Origin: an uncultured Candidatus Rokubacteria bacterium
GTDB taxonomy: Bacteria > Methylomirabilota > Methylomirabilia > Rokubacteriales > CSP1-6
Direction of reading: 5' to 3'
Assembly: GCA_963762145.1 (NCBI GenBank)
Contig: CAVXJS010000015.1
Location: 288,001 to 352,000 of the forward strand
Length of the DNA: 64,000 bases
Position numbers and translations under genes: made by a program. The notes under the pieces are model-generated. The model had not been told where the DNA came from and ran no database searches. It saw only the letters and a list, made by a program, of their open reading frames with translations. This document shows positions 39,807 through 50,663 of the stretch, piece after piece (position 1 is the first letter of the stretch; each line of letters starts with the position of its first letter).

Positions 39807-40223
39807 ATGGCCCCCCGGTCCGCCCGCCTGGCGGTGGCCGCGGTCGTCGCGGCCATGACGCTGATCGGCGGGGCTGAAGCTCAGAGCCCGAAGCCGACCC
39901 CTGCGCCGAAGACGGACGGCCCGGTTCAGGGCTATCAGGGTGGGTACGATCCGACCGACAAGAGCAAGGCCCCGGCCGCGCCGGACGGCAAGAAGACGGA
40001 CGCGGGAAACGCCGATGAAGGTCAGCGCGGAACGAGCGTGTCCGGTGCGATCAAGAAGATCGACGGGCGGACCCTCACCCTGGACAACGGCGTCGTTCTC
40101 GTGGTGCCCCCCACGTTGCAGGTGGACCAGGCCGTCCTTCGGGTAGGAGCGCGGATCATCGCGCGCTACGAGGATAAGGGCGGCACCCACGTCGTGACGA
40201 CGATTCGCCGGGAGCCCAGCTAG
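39807..40223 (+). CDS. Secreted hypothetical protein with small OB-like C-terminal domain
   Basis: Signal peptide (AEAQ); VSGAIKKIDGRTLTLDNG...LRVGARIIARY. Confidence 0.6.
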   Translation: MAPRSARLAVAAVVAAMTLIGGAEAQSPKPTPAPKTDGPVQGYQGGYDPTDKSKAPAAPDGKKTDAGNADEGQRGTSVSGAIKKIDGRTLTLDNGVVLVVPPTLQVDQAVLRVGARIIARYEDKGGTHVVTTIRREPS

Positions 40224-40264
40224 GCGCGCGCGAAGCACCCGCGCCCAGGCCGCCTCACCGGCGG

Positions 40265-41572
40265 TCACCGTCGAGGAGATGATCCTCCGCCGGTCTCGCA
40301 GGCCGCCAGCCGGGCGCTCAGGAACGCGTGCTCGCGCGGGTTGTTCACGAGGCCGAGCGCGCGCCGGTACTCGACGGCCGCCTCCGGCGCCCGGCCGAGG
40401 CGGCGGAGGAACTCGGCGCGCGCGGCGGGCAGCAGATGATAGGCCCGCAAGGCCGGATCGTCGATGCGATCGAGCGCGGCCAGGCCGGCCGCGGGCCCGT
40501 CGGCAAGCCCGATCGCCACCGCGAGGTTCAGGTCGATGACCGGGGACGGGGCGAGCGCCGAGAGCGCCCGGTAGTGGCTCACGATGCCCGGCCAGTCCGT
40601 CGCCTCCCAGGATGCGGCCTGCGCGTGACGGGCGGCGATGGCGGCCTGCAGCTGATAGGCCCCCGCGCGCGCCGGCGGCCCCGCTCGCTCGAGACAGGCG
40701 AGGCCCCGCTCGATCCGGCCCCGGTCCCACCGCCGCCGGTCCTGATCCTCGAGGAGCACCAGATTGCCGTCGGCGTCCGTGCGCGCCGCGGCCCGGGAGG
40801 CCTGGAGCTCCATCAGGGCCAGCAGGCCCAGCACCTCGGGCTCGCGGGGCATCAGCTCGGCGAGCACGCGGGCGAGGCGGATGGCCTCAGCGCAGAGATC
40901 GTGCCGCACGAGGTCGTCGCCCGAATGGGCCGCGTAGCCCTCGTTGAAGACCAGATACAGCACCGCGAGCACGGCCGACAGCCGCGCGGCCAGCTCGGCC
41001 CCTTCCGGCACCTCGTACGGGAAGCCCCCGTCCCGGATCGTCCGCTTCGCGCGCACCAGGCGCTGGGCGATCGTCGGCTCGGACACCAGGAACGCCCGCG
41101 CGATCTCCGTCGTCGAGAGGCCCCCCACCAGCCGCAGCGTGAGCGCGACGCGGCTGTCGGCGGGAAGCGCGGGATGGCAGCAGGTGAAGATCAGCCGGAG
41201 CCGGTCGTCGGGAACCTCGTCGGGGATCTCGTCGACGCCGGGCACGTCAGGCGCCGGATGCGCCGCGCCGAGCGCCTCGTGGGCGAGGGCGTCCGCGCGC
41301 GCGCCCGCGCGGCGGGCGCGGCGCAGATGATCGAGGGCCCGCCGTCGGGCCGTGGTGAGGAGCCAGGCGCCCGGACGGTCCGGGACACCGTCCGCGGGCC
41401 AGTGGGCGAGCGCCTGCTCGAAGGCCTCCTGGACCACCTCCTGCGCCGCGTCGATGTCGCGCGTGATCCGGAGCACCGAGGCGACCACCCGCGCGTGCTC
41501 GATCCGGAAGACGTCGGCCAGCCGCGCGCGCACGCGCTCGTCGGAGGTCGGGGCCCGCTCGATCGGATCCAC
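40265..41572 (-). CDS. ECF sigma factor with C-terminal TPR extension (ECF42-like)
   Basis: DDRLRLIFTCCHPAL, QRLVRAKR, LYLVFNEGY, YQLQAAIAA; adjacent YciI gene. Confidence 0.92.
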   Translation of the reverse strand: MDPIERAPTSDERVRARLADVFRIEHARVVASVLRITRDIDAAQEVVQEAFEQALAHWPADGVPDRPGAWLLTTARRRALDHLRRARRAGARADALAHEALGAAHPAPDVPGVDEIPDEVPDDRLRLIFTCCHPALPADSRVALTLRLVGGLSTTEIARAFLVSEPTIAQRLVRAKRTIRDGGFPYEVPEGAELAARLSAVLAVLYLVFNEGYAAHSGDDLVRHDLCAEAIRLARVLAELMPREPEVLGLLALMELQASRAAARTDADGNLVLLEDQDRRRWDRGRIERGLACLERAGPPARAGAYQLQAAIAARHAQAASWEATDWPGIVSHYRALSALAPSPVIDLNLAVAIGLADGPAAGLAALDRIDDPALRAYHLLPAARAEFLRRLGRAPEAAVEYRRALGLVNNPREHAFLSARLAACETGGGSSPRR

Positions 41573-41654
41573 GGATCGAGATGGTACGCCAAGTGGGGAT
41601 CATGCTCGATCCTGGTGGGGCCGGGCCCCGGCGCGCCGGCGGACGCGCCTCCGC

Positions 41655-41999
41655 TCACATCGCCCAGACCGGCCGCACGTCGACGAAGCCGCCCTCGCCG
41701 AGCGGGATCTTCTTCGCCCACTCCAGGGCTTCCTCGCGGGTGTCGCACTCGATCAGGTAGAAGCCGCCCAGGGCTTCCTTCGTCTCGGTGAAGGGCCCGT
41801 CCATGATCTGGCGCTGCCCGGCCTTGAAGCGGACGCGGCTGCCGTCGGTGTCGGGGCGCAGGCGCTCGCCGTGCACCATCTTGCCGGCCGCGCGCAGCTC
41901 CTGGGCGAAGCGGCCGTGTCCCTGGACCATGGCGTCCATCTGGGCCGGGGACGGAGCGGGCTGGTTCTTGTCGGAGCAGATGAGCAGCATGTAACGCAT
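41655..41999 (-). CDS. YciI/DGPF family protein
   Basis: DGPFTETKEALGGFYLI. Confidence 0.93.
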   Translation of the reverse strand: MRYMLLICSDKNQPAPSPAQMDAMVQGHGRFAQELRAAGKMVHGERLRPDTDGSRVRFKAGQRQIMDGPFTETKEALGGFYLIECDTREEALEWAKKIPLGEGGFVDVRPVWAM

Positions 42000-42057
42000 C
42001 GTATGCCTCCCTGTCGTGCCTGGGGTGTCGGGCCGTCGGCCTGGCCCTCATCTATAC

Positions 42058-42083
42058 GACGCCGATGACCCCCGGAATCGACA
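42058..42083 (-). promoter_or_regulatory. ECF42-type autoregulated promoter
   Basis: TGTCGA-N16-CGTC upstream of yciI-ECF. Confidence 0.7.
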
Positions 42084-42090
42084 GGCAGGG

Positions 42091-42936
42091 TCAGGTCGGA
42101 CGGCTCGCCCGGGCCTCCGCCGCCTTCACCTGCAGCGCCTCCCAGACCGCCAGGGGCACGGGCGGGTTGCCGAGCACCGCGGCGCGCACCGGCGGGCCGT
42201 GGAAATCCGAGCCGCCGGTCGCGAGCAGGCCGTGCCGGCGGCAGAGCTCGACGTAGCTGCCGCGCTGGGCCGGCGAGTGCTCGTTGTAGAAGCACTCGAT
42301 GCCCATGAGCCCGGCCGCGACCAGGGACGGAATGATCGCGTCCCGATCGGCCAGCCCCGGATGGGCGAACACGGGCACGCCGCCGGCGCGGCGCAGCAGG
42401 CGCACCGCGTCCTCGGGCGTGAGCTTCTTGCGCTGGACGTGCGCGGGCTTGCCCGCGGCCAGGTACCGGTCGAAGGCCTCGCGCACCGTCTTGACGTAGC
42501 CGCGCTCGACCATCACGCGCGCCACGTGCGGCCGCCCGGCCGAGCCCTCCTGCACCAGGGCGAACACCCGCTCCGGGTCGATCGGCAGGCCCAGCTCCGC
42601 GAGACGCTCGGCCATCCGGTGCACGCGCGCGCGCCGCTCCTCCCGCTGTGCGCGGCAGAAGTCCTGGAACCAGGGCGCCTCGTAGTCCATGCAATAGCCG
42701 AGGATGTGGATCTCGGCGCCCTCGACGTCGCAGTTGATCTCGATGCCGGGCACGATGGTGAGCGGCGGGTGCCGCCGCGCCTCCTCGATCGCCTCGGCGA
42801 GGCCGTCGGTCGAGTCGTGATCGGTGATCGCGAGCACGCGCACCCCGCGGCGTGCAGCCTCCGCCACCAGCTCGCGCGGCCGGAGCGTACCGTCGGAGGC
42901 GACGGTGTGGGTGTGGAGGTCGACGCCGCCCGCCAT
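42091..42936 (-). CDS. PHP domain phosphoesterase (TrpH/YciV-like)
   Basis: DLHTHTVASDG, ITDHD, HILGY, AHP, GGSDFHG. Confidence 0.92.
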   Translation of the reverse strand: MAGGVDLHTHTVASDGTLRPRELVAEAARRGVRVLAITDHDSTDGLAEAIEEARRHPPLTIVPGIEINCDVEGAEIHILGYCMDYEAPWFQDFCRAQREERRARVHRMAERLAELGLPIDPERVFALVQEGSAGRPHVARVMVERGYVKTVREAFDRYLAAGKPAHVQRKKLTPEDAVRLLRRAGGVPVFAHPGLADRDAIIPSLVAAGLMGIECFYNEHSPAQRGSYVELCRRHGLLATGGSDFHGPPVRAAVLGNPPVPLAVWEALQVKAAEARASRPT

Positions 42937-42952
42937 CGGAGCCCCGGGGCGC

Positions 42953-44466
42953 CTAGCGTGACCCGTTCGCGAGATAGGTGAGCAGCGTCCGGACCCCCAC
43001 GCCGGTGGCGCCCTTGGGCCCGAGGGGCAATTCCCGCTCGGTGAACGCGGTGCCCGCGATGTCGAGGTGCGCCCACGGCACGCCCGCGGTGAACTCGCGC
43101 ATGAAGAGGCCGGCCACGATGGCGCCGGCCCCGCGCTGGCTCGAGATGTTGTTGAGATCGGCCACGTCGCTCTTGAGCCCGTCCTTGTACTCGTCGTGCA
43201 GCGGAAGGCGCCACATCCGCTCCCCCGCCCCGTCGGCGGCGGCCTGCAGCCGCGAGGCCAGCCCGTCGTCGCTCGCCATCATGCCCGATACGCCCTGGCC
43301 GAGCGCGATGACCACCGCGCCGGTCAAGGTCGCCATGTCGATCATCTCGTCCGGCTTGATGTGCTCGACCGCGTAGGCGAGCGCGTCGGCCAGCGTGAGC
43401 CGGCCCTCCGCGTCCGTATTGCCGATCTCGATGGTGAGCCCGTTCATCGCCCGCACGATGTCGCCCGGGCGCTGCGCGGTGCCGGAGGGCATGTTCTCGG
43501 TGGCCGCGATCAGCCCGTGCACCTCGACCGGGGGCTTGAGCCGCGGGAGAGCCTGGAAGATGCCGAGCACCGCCGCGGCGCCCGACATGTCGTCCTTCAT
43601 CCGCAGCATGCCGTCGGCGGTCTTGAGATCGAGTCCGCCCGAGTCGAACGTGATGCCCTTGCCGATCACCACGACCCGGCGGCGCGCCCGGCCCTTCGGG
43701 ATGTAGGTGAGGTGAATGAACTTGGGCGGCTCCTCGCTGCCCTGGGCCACGCCCACGTAGGCGCCCATGCCCATCTTGGCGCACTCGGCCCGGTCCAGCA
43801 CCCGCACGGTGAGCCCGCCCTCCTCGGCGATCTCGGCCGCGCGGCGCGCCAGGAACGTCGGCGTCACCACGTTGGCCGGCTCGTTGACCAGGTCGCGCGC
43901 GAGGCAGGTGGCCTCCGCCGCGACGCGGCCGATGCGCACCCCGTCCCGCGCGGCGGCCCCGCTGCGCCGGTCGGGCTCGAGCACGGTCAGCGAGCGGACC
44001 ACCTTGCCGTTCTTCTCCTTCAGGTACTTGTCGAAGCGATAGGTGCCGAGCAGGGCGCCCTCCGCGACCGCCTGCGCGCGCTCGCGCGCGGGCAGCCCGG
44101 CGGCGGGCATGAACACCGCGATGGAAGCGGCGCCAAGGTCGCGCGCGCGCCGCACCGCGGCGGCGGTGGCGCGGCGAATGGGCTCGGCGTCGCGGGCCCG
44201 CGCCCCCGCTTGAGCGGGCCCAGCCCGACCACCAGCACGCGCTCGGCCGGGATCGCTCCCCCGGTATGGAAGTAGGAGATCTGCCCCGGCTTGCCCTCGA
44301 ACTTCTCGCTCTTCTGGACGCGCGAGAGGAGGCCGCCGAGCGCCCGGTCCAGCGCGACGATCTCCGGCGCGGGCCGCGCGCCGTCGCCGTACTGCCCCAG
44401 CACCAGCACGTCCGCGCGCGCTTCCGATGGGCTTCGGGTCTCGAGGGCCAGCTCCATTGCGGTCAT
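42953..44466 (-). CDS. pepA: Leucyl aminopeptidase (frameshift near 44190)
   Basis: GKGITFDSGG, MKDDMSG, NTDAEGRL, ATLTGA, HLDIAG. Confidence 0.93.
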
Positions 44467-44936
44467 CCTCCCTGGGACAGGGTCGTGGGCGGGCAGACGC
44501 TCACGGCGCGGCGGACCATGTCCGCGAGCCCGTCGGTGGTGTCGTAGCGGTCGAGGTCGGCGATCGGCACCCAGCGCACCTCGGCGGCGTCGCTGCCCGC
44601 GCGCGGGACCCCGGACTCGATCGCGGCGACGTAGTCGATGATCACGTAGTGATAGTGCACGCGGGGCGCCTCCGATCCGTTCCCGGGCACGAGCCGCACC
44701 CGGTCGATCACCCCGCAGAGCCCGAGCAGGCGCACGTCCACCCCGCACTCCTCCATCACCTCGCGGCGCGCCGCGTCCTCGATGCGCTCGCCCAGATGCA
44801 CGAGCCCCCCGGGAATGCTCCACTTGCCCAGGGACGGCGCCTGTCCGCGCTTGACCAGCAGCACGCGGTCGCCGTCCAGGATCACCGCGCCCACGCCCAC
44901 GCGGGGCGCATCCGGGAACTCGCGCGCGAACGTCAT
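44463..44936 (-). CDS. NUDIX hydrolase
   Basis: PGGLVHLGERIEDAARREVMEECG Nudix box. Confidence 0.93.
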   Translation of the reverse strand: MTFAREFPDAPRVGVGAVILDGDRVLLVKRGQAPSLGKWSIPGGLVHLGERIEDAARREVMEECGVDVRLLGLCGVIDRVRLVPGNGSEAPRVHYHYVIIDYVAAIESGVPRAGSDAAEVRWVPIADLDRYDTTDGLADMVRRAVSVCPPTTLSQGG

Positions 44937-45835
44937 CGGGCTCCCCCTCTCCCCTCAGGGGAGAGGGCAGGGTGAGGGGTTGGGCGTTGAGGGGTCAGGG
45001 TAGGGTGAGGGGTCAGGGTGGTCACGGTCATCGCGCGGCCGGATCGCGTCCAGCGGTCGGTCCCGTACTTCTCGCGCACCAGCGACTCCGCGAGCTCCAT
45101 CTCCTCCGCGGCGAGCCCGCCGGCGGCCAGCTCGAGCCCGTGCGCCGTGCGGAAGCCCTCGGTCAGCGCGGTCATGGCCTCCTCGAACGAGGGGCGCCGG
45201 GCCAGCACCGCCTCGAGCGTGGTCATGCCGGCGAGCGGATCGCGCTCGACCGGGAACACCCGACGCAGGCGATCCGGCGCGGCGCCGAGCATCACCGCGC
45301 CGTGCTGCAGGAAGCCCGCGCCCTGTCGCCGCTGGGCGCTCCCCACCACCTTGAGGCCGCTGACCTCGAGCTCGTACGAGCCGGTCCGCGCGAAGCAGAA
45401 GGTGGGCATCGCGGTGGGATCGGAGGGCTGCACCGGCACCATCTCGACCGGCGCGCCCAGCCGGTTGATCCCGGCCGCGAGGGCCGCGCCGATCCACCGG
45501 TACGTCTCGAGCAGGTCCGCCGCGCCCTCGAAATCGCCCGCGCGCGCCGCCACGCTGTAGGTCAGCTCGAGATCCGGTCCTTCGTGGAGGATCGCGCTGC
45601 CGCCGGTGGGCCGGCGCACGAGCCCGATGCCGAGCGCGGACGCGGCTCCGACGTCGATGCGATGATCGAGGGGCTGGCCGTAGCCGAGGGAGATGGTGGG
45701 GGGCTGCCAGGCGAAGAACCGGAGCGTGGGAGGCGCGGTGCCCGCGAGCCGGCCCAGCAGGAGGGCCTCGTCGAGCGCCATGTTCAGCGCGCCGTCGAGG
45801 GGCTCGGTGACCAGCAGGCGGAACGGAGTCGTCAC
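44933..45835 (-). CDS. Lipoate-protein ligase/octanoyltransferase family
   Basis: [32 protein letters not shown]; adjacent to gcv genes. Confidence 0.9.
   Translation of the reverse strand: MTTPFRLLVTEPLDGALNMALDEALLLGRLAGTAPPTLRFFAWQPPTISLGYGQPLDHRIDVGAASALGIGLVRRPTGGSAILHEGPDLELTYSVAARAGDFEGAADLLETYRWIGAALAAGINRLGAPVEMVPVQPSDPTAMPTFCFARTGSYELEVSGLKVVGSAQRRQGAGFLQHGAVMLGAAPDRLRRVFPVERDPLAGMTTLEAVLARRPSFEEAMTALTEGFRTAHGLELAAGGLAAEEMELAESLVREKYGTDRWTRSGRAMTVTTLTPHPTLTPQRPTPHPALSPEGRGGAR
44941..45019 (-). repeat. CCCCTCACCCT...CTCTCCCC-TGA-GGGGAGAG REP-like repeat inside the lipoate ligase 3' end
   Basis: Hairpin CTCTCCCC-TCA-GGGGAGAG plus tandem AGGGTGAGGGGT / GAGGGGTCAGGG units. Confidence 0.65.
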
Positions 45836-45842
45836 CCCTGGG

Positions 45843-47325
45843 TCATTTCGTGGGACGCCACCTCAGCACGGGCTGGCGGGCGGCCAGCGTCTGGTCCAGG
45901 CGGCGCACCGGCGTCGTGACCGGCGCCTCGTGGATCAGCTGCGGGTTCGTCTCGGTCTCCCGCGCGATCTGGATCATGGCGTCGCAGAACTGGTCGAGCG
46001 TCTCCTTCGACTCGGTCTCGGTGGGCTCGATCATCAGCGCCTCCTCGACGATGAGCGGGAAGTACGTCGACGGGGCGTAGAAGCCCAGATCGAGCAGCCG
46101 CTTGGCGATGTCCATCGCGGACACCCCGAGCTTCTTCTGCCGACGCGCCGAGAGCACGCACTCGTGCATGCACGGGCCCGGCGCGGAGCGGTCGTAGTCG
46201 CCCTCGAGGCGCTTCAGGATGTAGTTGGCGTTGAGCACCGCGTTCTCGGAAACCGAGCGGAGGCCGTCCGGTCCCATGGTGCGGATGTAGGTGTAGGCGC
46301 GCACCAGCATGCCGAAGTTGCCCCAGAAGGCCTGCAGCTTGCCGATCGACTGCGGCCGGTTCCAGTCGAGGCCGTAGGCCCCTGCACTCGGATCGTCCCG
46401 CTTCACCACCACCGGGGTGGGCAGGAACGGCGCCAGGTGCGCCTTGATGCCCACCGGCCCCGAGCCGGGGCCCGCCGCCGCCGTGCGGGGTGGTGAACGT
46501 CTTGTGCAGGTTGAAGTGGCAGACGTCGAAGCCCAGGTCGCCGGGGCGCGTGATGCCGAGGATCGCGTTGAAGTTGGCGCCGTCCATGTAGACCTGCACG
46601 CCCTTGGCGTGGCACATCTCGGTGATCTGGTGGATCTGCGACTCGAAGAGGCCGAGCGTGTTGGGCTGGGTGATCATGAACGCGGCCACGTCCTCGTCGA
46701 GGTGGCGCTCGAGGTCGACGAGGTCCACGTCGCCGTTGGCCTCGGACTTGAGCTCGACGACCGCGAAGCCGGCCAGCGCGGTGGACGCGGGATTGGTCCC
46801 GTGCGCGGAGTCGGGGATCAGCACCTTGTGGCGCCGCTCGCCCCGCGCCAGGTGGTAGGCGCGGATCATCAGCACGCCGGCCAGCTCGCCCTGGGCGCCC
46901 GCCGCGGGCTGGAGCGACACCTCGTCCATGCCGGAGATCTCGGCGAGGTCCCGCGCGAGCTCCCACATGAGCTGGAGCGCGCCCTGGCTCGCCGCCTCGG
47001 GGGCGAGCGGGTGCAGGCGCGCGAAGCCGGCCAGCCGCGCCATGTCCTCGTTGATCTTCGGGTTGTACTTCATCGTGCACGAGCCGAGCGGATAGAAGTG
47101 CGTGTCCACTCCGTAGTTCATCTGCGACAGGCGCGAGTAGTGGCGGATCACGTCGACCTCGGAGACCTCGGGCAGCTCGGCGGGCGACTCCCGCAGGTGC
47201 GCCTTGGGCAGGAGCGCGGCCGGATCGCTGTCCGGCACGTCGCTCTCGGGCAGCGAGTAGGCGAAGCGCCCGGGCGAGGAGAGCTCGAAGATCAGCTTGT
47301 CGTAGGCGGGCTTGGCGGCGTGCAT
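45843..47325 (-). CDS. gcvPB: Glycine dehydrogenase subunit 2 (frameshift near 46480)
   Basis: [44 protein letters not shown]. Confidence 0.95.
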
Positions 47326-47333
47326 GGGCGGCC

Positions 47334-48678
47334 TCAGGCCACCGCCGCGGCCAGCGCGGCCGCGTAGGCGTCGATCTCGTCCTTGGTGCGCTTCTCGGTC
47401 ACCGCGACGAGCAGGCAGTCCTTGTAGGCGCGGTCGAAGCCCCTTGAGCGGCACGCCGGCGAGCAGCCGGTCCTTCAGGAGCCGCTTGATCACGCGCTCG
47501 GGCGACTTGGGGAGCTGGAGCGTGAACTCCTTGAAGAAGGGCGCGGTGAAGCGCAGCCGCACCCCCGGGATCTTCGTGAGCTCGCGCGCCGCGTAGTGGG
47601 CCTTGGCGGTCGAGAGCTCGCCCACCTTGCGGAGGCCGCGCTTGCCCAGGATCGCCACGTAGATCGTGGCCATCAGCGCGCACAGCGCCACGTTGGTGCA
47701 GATGTTCGACGTCGCCTTCTCGCGCCGGATGTGCTGCTCGCGGGTCTGCAGCGTGAGCACGAAGCCGCGCTGGCCGTCCACGTCCACGGTGGCGCCGACC
47801 AGGCGTCCCGGCATCCGCCGCACCAGCTCCTGCTTGGCCGCGAACACGCCCAGGTTGGGCCCGCCGAAGCTCATCGGCACGCCGAGCCCCTGCCCCTCGC
47901 CCACCACGATGTCGGCGCCGCAGGCGCCCGGGGGCGTCAGCAGGCCCAGGTTGACCGGATCGGCGACCACCACGAGCAGCGCGCCGGCCTCGTGGGCGAT
48001 GTCCGCGATGGCCCGGACGTCCTCGAGCGAGCCGAAGAAGTTCGGGTACTGGATCACCACCGCCGCGCTGTGCTTGGACACCGCCTTCCGCAGCGCGTCC
48101 AGGTCGGTGATCCCGTCGCCGAGCGGCACCGACTTGATCTTGAGCCCGGGGCCCTCGCCGTAGGTCTCGACCACCTGGCGGTAGAGCGGATTCACCCCGC
48201 GCGACATCAGCAGGGTGTCGCGCCCGGTCACCGAGTGGGCCATCAGGGTGGCCTCGGCCAGGGAGGAGGCGCCGTCGTAGATCGAGGCGTTGGCCACGTC
48301 CATGCCGGTCAGCTCCGCCATCATGGTCTGGTACTCGAAGATCGAGCGGAGCGTGCCCTGGCTGGCCTCCGGCTGGTACGGGGTGTAGGCGGTGAAGAAC
48401 TCGCCGCGCGAGATCAGGTGGTTGATCGGGCTCGGGATCGCGTGATCGTAGGAGCCGGCCCCGAGGAAGCAGGCGTGGTCGTCCGCGCCCGCGTTGAGCG
48501 CGGCGATGCGCTGAAGATGCCGGATCAGGTCGGTCTCGGCCATCGCGCTCGGCAGGTTGAGGGGCCGCGACAGCCGCGCCTTGGTCGGGATGCGGACCAG
48601 CAGATCCTCGATCGAGCCGGCGCCGATGACGCCCAGCATCTCCTTCTGCTGGGCCGCCGTGTTGGAGATGTAGCGCAT
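47334..48678 (-). CDS. gcvPA: Glycine dehydrogenase subunit 1 (frameshift near 47440)
   Basis: [34 protein letters not shown]. Confidence 0.95.
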
Positions 48679-48679
48679 G

Positions 48680-49072
48680 CTAGTGCCCACCGCCCGCGGT
48701 GAGCTTCTCGTAGTCCGCGGCGCTCATGAGGCCGTCCACGTCCTTGGGATTGGCCATCCGGATGATGAGCATCCAGCCCTTCCCGTAGGGGTCGGTGTTC
48801 ACGAGCTCGGGCTGCTTCGGCAGCTCCCCGTTGACCTCCACCACCTCGCCCGAGACCGGCGCGAAGAGATCGGAGACCGCCTTGACGGACTCGACCACTC
48901 CGAACGTCTTCATGGCCGTGACCTTCGCGCCCACCTTGGGCAGCTCGACGAAGACCACGTCGCCGAGCTGCTCCTGGGCGAAGGCGGTGATGCCGATGCG
49001 GGCGCGGTCACCCTCCACCTTGGCCCATTCGTGCTCGCGGGTGTACCTGAGCTCAGCGGGAACGTTCGCCAT
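48680..49072 (-). CDS. gcvH: Glycine cleavage H protein
   Basis: VESVKAVSD lipoyl lysine; [11 protein letters not shown]. Confidence 0.97.
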   Translation of the reverse strand: MANVPAELRYTREHEWAKVEGDRARIGITAFAQEQLGDVVFVELPKVGAKVTAMKTFGVVESVKAVSDLFAPVSGEVVEVNGELPKQPELVNTDPYGKGWMLIIRMANPKDVDGLMSAADYEKLTAGGGH

Positions 49073-49084
49073 CGACGCTCTCTC

Positions 49085-50207
49085 CTAGGTCTTCTTGGTG
49101 TGCGAGGGATGGAAGGGGGTCTTGACCACGCGGGCGGCGTGCTCCGCCCCCCGGATCTCCACCGCCAGCTCGCTGCCGACCGCGGACATCGCCGAGGGGA
49201 CGTAGCCGATCCCGATCGAGCGCTCCACCGACGGGCCGAACGAGCCCGAGGTGACCACGCCCACCGGCGCGCCGCCCGACATGAGCCGGTAGCCGTGCCG
49301 GGGTACCGCCCGCTCCGCCATCTCGAAGCCGACCAGCTTGCGGGCGACCCCGCGCGCGCGGAGCGCCTCGATGGCCTCGCGGCCGATGAACTCGCCCTTG
49401 GCGGGCTTGACCACCCAGCCGAGCCCCGCCTCGAGCGGGTTCGTGGTCTGGTCGATGTCGTTGCCGTAGAGCGCGTACTTCATCTCGAGGCGCAGCGTGT
49501 CGCGGGCCCCCAGCCCGATCGGCTGGATGCCGTCCGCACGGCCCCCCTCGATCAGGGCGGCCCAGAGACGCTCGGCCCCGCCCGCGGCGACGTAGAGCTC
49601 GAAGCCGTCCTCGCCGGTGTAGCCGGTGCGGGAGATGATCGCGGGCACGCCCGCCACCGCCCCGCGGACGAAGTGGTAGTACGCGACGCCGGTCACGTCG
49701 CGATCGGCCAGGCGGCCCACCAGCGCCTCCGCCTTCGGACCCTGCACCGCGAGCAGCGCGGTCTCGTCGCTCACGTTCTTCCACTCGGCGCGGCCGACGC
49801 TGTGCGAGGTGACCCACGACCAGTCCTTGTCGATGTTGGAGGCGTTGACCACGAGCATGTAGTGGTCGTCGGCCAGCCGATACACCGTCAGGTCGTCCAC
49901 GATGCCGCCTTCCGGGTAGCAGAGGGCCGCGTACTGGACCTGGCCGAGCTCGAGGGTCCGCGCGTCGTTGGTGCACAGGCGCTGGATCGCCGCGAGCGCG
50001 TCGGGACCGCGCACCTCGAACTCGCCCATGTGGCTGATGTCGAAGAGGCCGACTCGCGCGGCGTACCGCGCGGTGCTCCTCGATGATCCCGCTGTACTGC
50101 ACCGGCATGTCCCAGCCGCCGAAGGGAACCATCTTCGCGCCCGCCTTGACGTGAACGTCGCGGAGCGGGGTGCGCTTGAGCGGGGAAGACGCGGTGGTGT
50201 CCGTCAT
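49085..50207 (-). CDS. gcvT: Glycine cleavage T protein (frameshift near 50065)
   Basis: [35 protein letters not shown]. Confidence 0.95.
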
Positions 50208-50231
50208 CTGGCTGCCCGGGGCGCCCTCATC

Positions 50232-50663
50232 TTAATGGATGGCCTCCGGCGTGGCAACGATCCGGTAGCCGCGGCTCTCCATGCAGGCGATCCACGCACG
50301 CTCGAAGGGGGAGCTCCCGCGGGCGCTCAGCGCGAGGCCGCCGATTCCCCCCGCGCCTGCGCCCGCGATGAGACCATCGCTCGCCGTCGAGGCGGTGGTG
50401 GCGGGCAACCCCGTGATCAGCCCGCCGACCGCGGCGCCCGCCGCGCCGAGCGTGAAGACGCGGCGCAGGGTATTGGCCAGCGGCGAGTCTTCGCCGTTGT
50501 AGTCGAGGCGGTAGCCCACCTCGGCCTTGCAGTCGGCGACGTCGAGGCGGTGCTGTGTCGGAGTCTGCTCCCGGGTCGCGGCCACCTCCGGCATCCGGGT
50601 CACCGCGCAGCCGGCGACCAGGACCGCGGCGGTCAGCGCGAGGGCGGCGCGGCCGGTCGTCAT
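50232..50663 (-). CDS. Glycine-zipper lipoprotein
   Basis: VAGC lipobox; GAAGAAVGG..GAGAGGIGG; CMESRGY. Confidence 0.7.
   Translation of the reverse strand: MTTGRAALALTAAVLVAGCAVTRMPEVAATREQTPTQHRLDVADCKAEVGYRLDYNGEDSPLANTLRRVFTLGAAGAAVGGLITGLPATTASTASDGLIAGAGAGGIGGLALSARGSSPFERAWIACMESRGYRIVATPEAIH

Noticed and set aside
45832-48690. Single-chain 952-aa GcvP
   Set aside because: Frameshift near 47440 joins gcvPA and gcvPB; separate stop (47334) and start (47325) are visible
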